This document shows positions 18,646 through 28,909 of a stretch of 64,000 nt of DNA, one piece after another. Below the pieces are notes generated by a model. It had not been told where the DNA came from. It made no database searches and worked only from the letters and a program-made list of their open reading frames with translations. The position numbers were made by a program, and so were the translations under genes. How positions within the stretch are numbered: position 1 is the stretch's first letter; each line of letters opens with the position of its first letter. This DNA is from Chloropicon primus (taxonomy: Eukaryota), in assembly GCA_023205875.1 (NCBI GenBank), contig CP060763.1, positions 186,001 through 250,000 on the forward strand, in the 5' to 3' direction.

Positions 18646-21600
18646 CTATTTCTTTCGCAGCGGAGACATGAGCCCCTGGGGCAACTGCAAGTTCTGGGGC
18701 AGCAAGTTCCATCTCGAGTGTTTGGGAATCTTCGCCAGCTCCTCTGGACTGAACTCCAGCAGGCGGGACAGCACAGTGACCAATGACGACTGGGGGTCCA
18801 GCTCGCCGCTGACAAATCCCTTGAGCAGAACGTTTTTCACATAGGTCAGATCCACGTTCCCCCTCTTCTCGCTCCGTCGCATTTCTTTGATTTCATCCTT
18901 CAGGCACTGTTCGGAGACATCCCTGAGCTCGTGCGTCCTCTCGCTGTCTTCAAGCGCATCCTGCAGGGACAGCACAAGCTTGTTGGCCTCCTCAAGTTTC
19001 GCCCTCAAGTCTTGCATGCCATTGCTCTCGTCATCCTGCGCCAGTGGCAATGGGTGGTCCTTCACAGGGGTTTCAGGGAGTTTCATTTCAAGGACTTCCG
19101 CTTCTGGGAGCTCGACTTCTGGGAGTTTCGTCTCAGGGAGCTTCACGGGAGAGTCCTCCATCATCACCCTCGCTTTCGACGCCTGGAGCTCCTTGTCCTT
19201 GGCCTCCATCATCATCCTTGCCCTGCTTCTCACTGACTTCAGCTCCTCGCTTATCTGGTCATACTTTTCCTTCCATTCTGCCAGCTCCTTGTTGACCACC
19301 TCGGCGGCTTCCATCCCAATCTGTTCTTTCTCGAGCTTGCTCTCGTCCAGTCTCTCCGTCATCTCAGCGACCATCTGCCTTTGTGTCTCAACCTCGGCTT
19401 CACTGTCAGCAAGTTGGTCCTTCAGTCGTGAGACTTCACCCTCAAGGTCGCCCTCGCGATCAGCGTCCTCCTCCGCCGAGTTCTTGTCATTCAGAGTCTT
19501 GATTTCCTTTGCCTTCTCCTCCAGTTCTTCCTCCAACTCACCAACCTTTGCCGACATTGCATCCATGGATGCTTCAAGCTCTTCGGAAGTCTTCTGCCTG
19601 GCATTCTGTTCAACGGTGTTCACAGCAGCCGCCAGGGAAGAGGACCAGGTGCTCCTGTCTTCGCAGACAAGAAGGCGGCAGAAATTGTCCATCATGTCCG
19701 TCTGATCCTCCTTCTTTGCCCTCAGGCCCTCAACCTCCTCTCTTGCCAAGGCCAGCTCATCTTCGAGCTTGCCATTTTCGGCTTGAAGGAGCTCCGAGGC
19801 CTCTGCAAGCTGTTGCCGAGTCTCCACTACCTCCTCTCTCGCACTCGCAAGCTCCTCCTCAAGCTTCGCATTCGCAGCTTGTACCTCTTTCACATCCTCC
19901 AGATTCCGCGCATCCTTCTGCTGAGACTGCTCGAGCTGGATCTTGGTGCTCGACAGCTCATCTTCCAGATCCATCTTCTCCTTGGCAAGGCCTTTCATGC
20001 TCTCGATTTCTTTGGTCTTCTCCTTTATTTTCTTCAAAGCATCTGCCAAATCAGACTGAACTTTCTTTTGTTTCTCAAGCTCGCCGCCTTTCTTGTCCAC
20101 CTCGCCTTTGGCCTTGCCCAACGCGGATTCGACCTTCTTCTTCTCCTGCACCTTTTGGTCCAGCTCCTTCAGGGCGCTCTTGGTCTTGTCCTTCTCTTGG
20201 GCCAATTCCAACTGAACCTTTTCTATCTTGGCCTTCTGCTTCTGGAGCTCGCCAACCTTTTTGTCCACCTCTCCCCTGGCCTTGCCCAACTCAGACTCGA
20301 CCTTCTTCTTCTCCTGCACCAGTTGATCAAAGTCCTTCAAAACGTCCCTTGCCTTGTCCTTCGCGTGAGCCAAGTCCAACTGCATCTTTTCTATCTTGGC
20401 CTTCTGGTTCTTGCATATTTTCAGCTGCTTTACAAGTTTGCCGTGAGCGGTCTCAGCTTCCTTCTCCGCGAACATCTTCTCCTCCAGCATCTTGTTCTTC
20501 GCCGTGTTCACCTCCTTGATTTCATGTTCCAGCTTCTCTACCATGACGCAGCTGCCGTCATCGAGGTTGAGCTCAAGCCTGACTGGAGACCCTTCCCCAT
20601 TTTCCCTCTTCGGATTCTCCTGGTCCTTCTTCTTCTCCGTGGCGGCACTCAAGGCAGCAGAGAGCTGCTTCTGCTTCTCCTTCAACAACTTGTACTGCTT
20701 TTGGATCTCCTTCGTCTTCCTTTGCTGGCTTTGCTGTCTGGCAGTTGACGCATCGCACTCTGCTGACTTCAAATCAAACTCTTGCTTCATCTGGATCACT
20801 TTGGCTTCCAAGCTCTTCACTTTCTTCCCGAGGTCGCCAGGGCTCTTGCCGTCCGCGAAGAAATCAAAGTCCACAGGAAGGTTCTCCTCCTCGCCGTCAT
20901 CTCTCTTGCCGTTTGCCGGCGGGGTGGTGGCCGGGCTGAGTCTCGAGGGCGTGGCCGTCGCCTTGGCCGCCTTCTTCAGTTCTGAAACCTCCTTCTGCAG
21001 CGTCGCGTTCTCCTGCTCAAAGTCAGCAGCCTCTTCCCTAAGCATCGTAATCTCGCTCTCGAGCTCCTCCAACTTCCACTCCAAGGCAGCTATCTTCTTT
21101 GACGCCGACGCCGACGCCGAGGCAGAGGAGCCTCCGCCCTCGCCCCCGCCACCGTGCTTCCTCAGCCTCTCTATCTCGTCCCTCGCCGCTATCACCATCG
21201 CAGTGTTCGTGGCCCGGGTCACCTCCACCACCTTGGCCGCCTTGGACTGATCCACAAGAAGCTTCACCTCCGTGTTGGGCGCACACTTCATGCAAAGGTC
21301 ACGCAACGCGAGTATCTCCCCTAGCAGCTCCTCCTTCTCCTTCAAGTGGCGTGCTATGATTTCTCCCACATCCCCTTTCGCAAAGCAACGTATCCTCTTC
21401 GCCGCTACAAAAGGAAGAACAACTCAGTCAGAACCCAAACCGTTACCTTCCTCTCCACTCCATTGGTGTTCCAACATTGCATGCATGCATTGCAAGCAAG
21501 CAAGCATGGGCAAGCAGGATAGACTCACCTTCCAATGGCAACCGAACGTAAGTGTTCTCCTCTTCCTCTTCCGGGGAAAGTTCTGTGCTCTTGCTTCCCC

Positions 21601-21703
21601 GCCTCCGTCCTGAACCGCTCGGCTCATCCGCCAACACACTCCTCTCAATCCCATCCTTCAAACGTCCAGCAGCGTTCGCCACCTTGCTCCTAAATGCCTT
21701 CAT
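18646..21703 (-). CDS. GRIP-domain golgin (long coiled coil), two exons
   Basis: C-terminal VDLTYVKNVLLK...VTVLSRLLEFSPEE GRIP signature; intron 21528-21405 joins an upstream exon starting MKAFRSK; internal ~56-aa duplication. Confidence 0.85.
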
Positions 21704-21874
21704 CCCCCCCCCCTCTCTCTCTCTCTCTCGTTGCTTTGCCTTTGCCTTTGCCTTGCTTTGTGTTCGAGAAGAGAGGTTCAGGAAAAGGCGAGAGCGTAAC
21801 GCTTCCACTGGGTCAACCACCAGCACCTCCTCTCCTCTCCTCTCCTCGCCGCGCCCGTCCCGAACCAACCGCCT

Positions 21875-21912
21875 CACACACACACACACACACACTCTCT
21901 CTCTCTCTCTCT
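21875..21912. repeat. (CA)n(CT)n microsatellite
   Basis: Directly visible; similar (CT)/(GA) tracts at ~14132, 21711, 22267, 39998 and 40227. Confidence 0.9.
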
Positions 21913-22299
21913 GTCGAGCGCCTTGTGTGTTCAAACGACGAGGGAGGAGGAGGAGGAGGGGAGGTAGCGGCGGAGGCGGTCGGCGGAGGGAAGAGGGAGG
22001 CAATTCATGCGAACCGGCACATCGTGAGCTTTCCATCGAGTGGTCCATTCAAGAGGGAAACGAACGGAGAGAAGATTCTCTTGTGTTTTTTTGAGCTGGA
22101 GAAGGAGAAAAAAAACAAGCCAGTCCTTCCAGGAGAGGACAGGGAGGAACAAGCGGTGCGGTGGAGGAGTGATAATCGTAACGCTCGTAACGCTGACAAT
22201 CTTCTTGTCGCGAGCTTTCGATTGAGTGGTTGGTGGAAGGAGGAAACGAAACAAAGGATTGCAGACAGAGAGAGAGAGAGAGAGGTGAAGGTGGTGTCG

Positions 22300-22981
22300 A
22301 TGTCGATGATGCTGGCGTTACGTTGTTTGGCACGGCGAGGGGTGCGATTTGTGGAGGGGTATCCTCGGAGGCTCGCGCCGGTCTCGTGCTCCACTTCCAC
22401 GACGCGGAGCTCCAGGAGTTACCCTGCGCTTCCACAAGTAACGGTCGGCGTGGTTGTGCTGAGACGCAGGAGGGAGGAGGAGGGAACCACTATGGAGGCA
22501 GCGTTGGTGGAGAGGAAGAACGAGCCGGCCAAGAACACGTTTGCCTTCCCAGGGGGCCGGTTGGATCTCGGAGAAAGTCTTGAGGATTGTGCCAGGAGGG
22601 AAGTGAAGGAGGAGACGAACCTTGACTTGTGCGGGTCCTTCCCTTTGCAGCACGTTACGACGATTGTGAGTGAGCACGGGCTGAAGTTTTACCACGTCTC
22701 CACTAACACAATTGTGATTCTTTCTTTGGTGCCCAACATTGACGCAGGACCACGTCTCCCGAGACGAGGAAGGAAGAGTTAAGTACCACTACGTGATCGT
22801 GGAGTTCGTTGGCCTCGCGGAGGGAGAGCCGGTGCCAGGGGACGACGCCGCGTCCATCGACTGGGCGACCTTGAAAGAGATCGATTCGAAGAACATACTG
22901 GACAAGAAGGCGCACAAAGACGTCCTGGAGAAAGCCATCGAGGTGTACTCAAGGGAAACGGGTCGGCGGAGGGAACAATGA
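22300..22981 (+). CDS. Nudix hydrolase with probable transit peptide, two exons
   Basis: Nudix box GGRLDLGESLEDCARREVKEETNL; intron 22666-22747; second exon DHVSRDEEGRVKYHYVIVEF...GDDA. Confidence 0.9.
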
Positions 22982-23057
22982 GGAGTTGAAGCACGCTTCG
23001 ATGAATCGAAACGAAACAACTTTGGTATTGTACACGTCTGTCTGCCTTATGCCCTAT

Positions 23058-24452
23058 CTATCCGAGTTTGTATTCTACGTACCAGTTCAACGCATGGTCT
23101 GGGACAGGGATGTTTGGATTGAGCTTTCCGAGGCAAAATATCTCGTAGGCTTCCTGGGCGTACGCCCCGACTCCGTGAAGCTCCCTCGGCTCGACCCAAT
23201 CCTTCTCCAAAAACTCTTTCGTGAACTTCAAGAGCGTTGCCGTTCTCTTTCTCTGCAAACCGCAGGGAGAGATGGCTCCCTCGATCTCGTTCTGCCTCTC
23301 CGAGCAGGACAGCAGGGACTCTGGCGTGGGGAATCTCTCGAAAAAGTGGAGCAAGGCGATGTCCAGCTGCTTCCGCGTCGTCTGATTCAAGAGCAGGCAG
23401 CAAACCAAAAGCTTCCAGGGACACTCCCAAAAGAGCTCCTCGATCAAGCCGTACGGGGAGTGCCTCGGCCCGTGGCACATCACCACCTCCGTCGCGTTCC
23501 CACTCACCCTGTCTCTGATTTTCTTCTCGTACAAGCTCGTTATCTTGTACTTTGGATCCATCGCGATGCCGATACTCTCGAGCGCCTTCTTGCTGTGGTT
23601 GTGAGACACCCCTTGGGGAGACACGAGGACGACTTTAAATCCATTGCTTCTGCACACCTCCAAGCGCGAGGACCATCCAGAGAAGAGCGATTCCGCCTCC
23701 GCCTTGGACCCGGCGTGCCACTCGCAGGAGTCTCTGAACTCCTTGAGCTTCCTCGCAGGCTCGTGCTCTCTGAAGAAGCACCGGTGCTCGCAAAGGTGGC
23801 GGCAGTCCCCAGTCTCACACAACATGGGGCAGCGGGATCGCAGGTCCTGTAGGCTAGCCGGAGATGATGCAAGGCGTGGAGTCTGCCTTCTCCTGGAGTG
23901 GTGGTCACCTTGCAACAGATCCAGGCGCTTCCTCAGTCCACCTGCGACAAACGACAAGTCCTTCCTGCATTGCTGGAGCCCGTCCCTCTCCAAGCCAGGG
24001 CTCCTTTTGTCCTTGGACAGGCGCGAGGATACGCAACAGAGCTGCCTCTTGGCCTCCACAAGGGCGTCATCCATGCACTTTTGGAGCTTGAGCCAACCAT
24101 GGTCCCTTCCGACCTTGTTCTTCCAGAAGAAGTCGTGATATGCGACGAGGGCCAGATAAGCCCTCTTGGCTCTCCTCGCGCTCTCCTGATAGGTACGCTT
24201 TGCCCTCTTGCATTCAAGGAAAGAATTCAAGAGCTTCACGACCTCGTCCTTTGCCTGCAAGTCAAGCTTGTCGTCAGCGTCAGCGTCATCAACAACAACA
24301 TCATCTCCTCGTTCCGTTTCGTCGTCAACCGCGTCCACGAACAGGGCCTTCGTGAGCCTCTTTCGCGCCTCGGACTGCAGTCGATCCCTCCTCCTCGCGG
24401 CAAAGGACGTCGAACGAACGTTCAAGGCCTCGGGAGAAAGAGACTTCGCCAT
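23058..24452 (-). CDS. MBD4L: MBD4-like HhH DNA glycosylase
   Basis: SPYGLIEELFWECPWKLLVCCLLLNQT, GL..KR..L.KFT..FL, ELHGVGAYA..AY.IFC and the catalytic D in PDHALNWY. Confidence 0.9.
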   Translation of the reverse strand: MAKSLSPEALNVRSTSFAARRRDRLQSEARKRLTKALFVDAVDDETERGDDVVVDDADADDKLDLQAKDEVVKLLNSFLECKRAKRTYQESARRAKRAYLALVAYHDFFWKNKVGRDHGWLKLQKCMDDALVEAKRQLCCVSSRLSKDKRSPGLERDGLQQCRKDLSFVAGGLRKRLDLLQGDHHSRRRQTPRLASSPASLQDLRSRCPMLCETGDCRHLCEHRCFFREHEPARKLKEFRDSCEWHAGSKAEAESLFSGWSSRLEVCRSNGFKVVLVSPQGVSHNHSKKALESIGIAMDPKYKITSLYEKKIRDRVSGNATEVVMCHGPRHSPYGLIEELFWECPWKLLVCCLLLNQTTRKQLDIALLHFFERFPTPESLLSCSERQNEIEGAISPCGLQRKRTATLLKFTKEFLEKDWVEPRELHGVGAYAQEAYEIFCLGKLNPNIPVPDHALNWYVEYKLG

Positions 24453-24529
24453 TGATGCCGAGGCCAGGCCAGCAGGCTTTCATCTCACCTCACACGAGAG
24501 GGAGAGAGAGAGAGAGGAAGGGGTGAAAG

Positions 24530-26978
24530 CAAATGGTAATATGGTATTTATGTTTTGTTTAAGTTTCAGAACATAAATATGGGTGTGCTTGCGGAAAAGC
24601 AAGCTTGCTTAGTCCACATAAAGGGAACGAAGAATAAAAAATGATGTGCCCCCCCTTTTGAGGTCCCAGACAGACAAAATTCCAAAAGGAAGACAAGTTC
24701 GTCTCTCATCAGGCGGACGGAGTAGGAGAATTTTGTCACTGGATTCTAACCGTCTTTTCTCCTCCACCGTGCTTCTCTGAAACAGGAAGTGTTTGACGAA
24801 TTGCTCCCTCTTTCCTGTTTCAGTTACGTTGAGGACAACAATTTCGACAAAATGATATTGAGGACTGTGATATATTATATTTTCTTTTATTTTATTTGCG
24901 GCCCAACAAACATTATGTCACGTCCAGAACGCAATTCGCCATCGAACCCTTGCAGCGTCGTCGTGTTGCCCTTCACCATGACGCTCGTTTTTGCAGATCA
25001 TGGCGAGGAAATCGTACCAGTAAAATGGCGTTGAAGCGCGCAAACGAATTCACGATTGCATGACGCGTCATCAATCGCGCACCTCACTTGCATCGTCTTG
25101 AGTTGTCCGTCCGTCGATTTATGCATGTCGCGTTCTCGTTCAGCGGACTCTTACTTTTGTTCATGGGATCATCCTTCATTTTTTCTGTACACCTCTAATC
25201 TATTTTGGGATTACGCAAACTCCCATCGACATTACATTGGCTTTAACATTGCAATATTATAAAGCGCAAAACATACCTTTTGAAAGTAACGAGAGGGTTA
25301 GCCACAATGCAGTTGAAAGGAAAAGACTGATCGTATACGTTCACTTGACTCTCCTTCCTCAAGCATTACGATTAACTAATTGCAAAAAGGCCGAGAACCA
25401 GCTGCAGATGCAAAACAATACATCAGTTACTTTCAACTTGAACATGTTATTCAGCTTTATTAAGCTGCCTTTCAAAACAAACAATGCCAATATCTATTTT
25501 TTTCTGCATACAAAATAAGAAAAGAAAAACGTCGATGTCGTTGGACATTTATAAAAAAAATGAGGTCTCTGCCGTAAGAAAACTACAGAAACGGTTTAGT
25601 CATGTACGTTTCAGAATATAGACAATTTGCGTGCGTTGGCGGTCGTTCGAGACGCAAAGTGTGCAGCGATAGTATTAAATACCAACTCCAATGATTCATT
25701 AATCTACAAGAAGCATGGAATGCCTAATATATAGGCATCGTTTACACAATTAACTTTTGCCGCGTTTGTTTCTTTGAACTCCATTGCGTGATTACCAAGT
25801 TGCATATTAACTCCCCTTCCTTTCTGTAAAGAATTGATAAATCGAATGATGGCTTAATCATCAAACGTATTGTTCTTATTCAGGATTTGCTTGTTGCACA
25901 TTACCCTATCTAACTCATAACTTTAAGCAACTGGTTTAAATATACTTCATATTGTTTGCTACTATGTATTTTGTTACCCTTTACACCCTTACAATGTTTC
26001 CGACCTGCATTGCTAATAAAGATATGAGCGCGTTCATTTCTTATGTAAGTTTTTATCATGTTTTGCTTTCTTAAAATGGTAAGCTCCTTACAATATTGGT
26101 TGCGCTTCTGTCGCCGCGTCACCTTGATTAAAATATGGCTGTGGCTTGTATGCGAGTGATTGTATTGCGTCACGAACAGCAATGCAATTTCTGAGTCATT
26201 GACAGAAATCAAGATAATGCTGTCGATAACATAAATGCTGGGGAGCTATGTATACATTTTCCAAAACTTGTGCTGTCAATAATTTAGTAAACTTCTTTGG
26301 CATTGGCTTGAAAAAAGACGCAACTCCCAAGATCATGATAACTTCACGTATGAACGTGAAGAAAGAAAGAGGAAATTGTAATTGGCAAAAGGATGTCTAG
26401 AATTGTGCTTAATACAGATACTCCCGCGAGTAAAGTGGCTTCGATATAATGTTACATGTGCTCCGAGATTAGAGGAGAACAATTCGCAACCCCTACAGCA
26501 TGATGAGATGAGGTCAAATATAATAATATTCATTTATTTTAGAGCTCTTCGCGGATGATTAAATGCTTCTCCAGCTATTGCCAGAGGAAGCAGAACGAGC
26601 ATCACACGAAGCGTTCTTGTTTTACAAGTAGTACGGGCGGCAGACTTTATCGGAGAGACCTGTTGATGTATTGGCAATTATCCAAAACATACACTGATGT
26701 TTTGGCAGTGGTGCCAGGATATGGGTGCCTCTTTTCTTTCGCATACAAAGAATGGGTAGCATCCTAGCCTCTTGCGTACTACTTGTAAGACGATCAAGCT
26801 AGCTAAGATACATTTACACATCCTAAGTGCTTGGCCGTGGGCATGTTCAAGGGGAGGGGGCATTTCACATATACCTCGATACGTGCGTCGAATGTATTAT
26901 TGAAGTATCATTCTCCACGAGAGATGGAAGAAGTCATAACAGAACCCGATTCAAATATAATACAATTCTTTAGTGGAC
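24530..26978. other. AT-rich, gene-free island
   Basis: Two hand-counted lines are 28% and 40% GC, visibly lower than the GC-rich coding flanks; only short, non-credible ORFs. Confidence 0.85.
24636..24823 (-). ncRNA. Candidate structured small RNA (three hairpins, ACA-NNN then T6)
   Basis: Perfect 12-bp stem 24777-24823, second stem ~24717-24769, third stem ~24648-24695 with G-U pairs favouring the minus strand. Confidence 0.35.
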
Positions 26979-28523
26979 TCACTGTTTGCTGGACCAAAGG
27001 AGGTCGCCCATGGGTGCGACGTCCGATACGGAATTCAGTCGCTTTGACCGCACCGTCTGGACCTTGCCTTGACCGCTGAACGGGATTGAAGTTCTTGACC
27101 GCGATCTCTGAGAACCTGGAGTCGACACACCTATGTTTTTGAGCTTGTCCCTGTACTGGTTTTGCACGTTTTCCATCTGCAACTGCAGGGAATTCATGTT
27201 CCGAAGCTTTTGCCGAATCACCAAAGGGTTTGGGGCGTGGATAGGCGTGTCCTTGAGGAACTTATCGCCCTGGCGACTCACAGGCGTGTAAAGTCTATCT
27301 GTCACCGACATCTTCCTCCTGCCGTCGAGATGAGGAAGCTGGCCCTTGTCGGCCCCGTCGTACTCCGAGACGGACTTGAGGAGCGTGGCCTTGAGAGTTC
27401 GGTTCTCGTCCGTCAGTTTGGTGATGATGGTCTGGTACCTGTTCACCATGATGTCAGTGATCTGACTCTCCCTCTCGTAGTCCTGGTAGATCGCATTCGC
27501 CCTTTCCCTCGCCTCCCTGAGCTCCTCGGTCATCTTGGCGAGCTGCTTGTTGTGAAGGTCTTGGAGAATTTCCGTCTCCATCCTCACCTGGTTCCGCAAA
27601 GTTATTTTCTCTTCCCTCTCCTGCTTCAACGCCTTCTCGAGCTCCACCGCGCTTCCTTCGAGCTGCCTGTTCTTCAACGCGATCTCCGTGAACTCGCTCT
27701 GCCTCCTGAACAGCTCCTGCCTCAAGGCCTCCGCGATGTTTTGACTGCTTTCCAGCTGCGACTTGAACTGGTTCAGCTTGGCTTCGAGGCTTTCCTCGTC
27801 CCCCGTGAGAACCTGACTCTCGATCTTCGCCTCGAGATGCAGAATCTTGGCCGAAAGATCGTCGATCTTCTGGTCCTTGAGCACGAGCTTCTTCTTCGAG
27901 TCGTCCAAAGCGTCCTGCAAAATCTTCTCCTTCTCAATGAGTTCCTTGTGTATCTCGGATATCTGGCCCTTGATTCTGTTCTCGAACTCCGCCCGGACCT
28001 CCATCTCCTTGTTCTTCACCAGGACCTTCGATGCCGCCTGCTGCTGCCTCACCCTCTTCTCGTTCTCTTTCCGGCTCTGGTCCGTGAACTCCCTCAGGTT
28101 CGCCTTGAACTCCTCCTTGAGCATCTCAATCACGCTCGGCAATTGAAACTGAACCTTCTTCTCAAACTTTTCACTCGACTCATATGCCTTGGCCAATTCA
28201 TCCTTGATGGAGTCAATCTCTTGGCGCATCGTGTCCACCTCAAGCACGAAGGACTCCTCTGTCTGGCACGGCACATTCTTGATGAACTGGGCTCTCGTCT
28301 TCTCGTCCATGGAGTTCTTCCCCAAGCCTTCGACGAGGGAATGGCGTTGGGAGCCTCGTGAGGTTGGACTCCGTCGAGATGGAGAAGGCGTCCCTTCCGC
28401 GGACCCCGCCTCAACGCCTCTCGCGCTGCCCTCGCCGGCCATCCTTCTTCCTGGACTCGAGTCAAAGTCCTTGAGGGACAACGTCGTCTGTTTTCCAACA
28501 GAACTTTCGTTAGAGGGTACCAT
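26979..28523 (-). CDS. Coiled-coil hypothetical protein
   Basis: Long E/K/Q-rich ORF with host-like codon usage; no recognised domain; start uncertain. Confidence 0.8.
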   Translation of the reverse strand: MVPSNESSVGKQTTLSLKDFDSSPGRRMAGEGSARGVEAGSAEGTPSPSRRSPTSRGSQRHSLVEGLGKNSMDEKTRAQFIKNVPCQTEESFVLEVDTMRQEIDSIKDELAKAYESSEKFEKKVQFQLPSVIEMLKEEFKANLREFTDQSRKENEKRVRQQQAASKVLVKNKEMEVRAEFENRIKGQISEIHKELIEKEKILQDALDDSKKKLVLKDQKIDDLSAKILHLEAKIESQVLTGDEESLEAKLNQFKSQLESSQNIAEALRQELFRRQSEFTEIALKNRQLEGSAVELEKALKQEREEKITLRNQVRMETEILQDLHNKQLAKMTEELREARERANAIYQDYERESQITDIMVNRYQTIITKLTDENRTLKATLLKSVSEYDGADKGQLPHLDGRRKMSVTDRLYTPVSRQGDKFLKDTPIHAPNPLVIRQKLRNMNSLQLQMENVQNQYRDKLKNIGVSTPGSQRSRSRTSIPFSGQGKVQTVRSKRLNSVSDVAPMGDLLWSSKQ

Positions 28524-28909
28524 TTCGAACCAGGATTGTTTCAAACGCGAGACTTCTTCAAGAATGACAAGGTCATGCCCCTTTCTCGTACCTTTCTCGC
28601 GACGCCTTGTCCCGCGACGGAGTCAAAGCAGGAACCTTCTTGCCAAGCCTCGTCGTTGCCTAACGGAACTGCCGTCTTGGTTTTGTACGATTACAACACA
28701 ATTAATATACACAAATTATAAAGTAAAGAGAGATCCTTCTTCCTCGAGGAGGAAACGGCTTGACAAAGCTGAGGACAACCTGAACCTCCCTCTACAATCA
28801 CTTTCACTCGCAAACGCGCACAAACACGCTTTTACTCTGCTCCACGTTGCATGGTGCCGATGCGAACGAGGAGGAGGCGTCGTGCCGTGCGTTGGTCTCG
28901 GTCGACGCG

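Noticed and set aside
24695..24715. Hammerhead ribozyme (CTGATGAG on the minus strand)
   Set aside because: The GAAA core and the required stem arrangement are missing.
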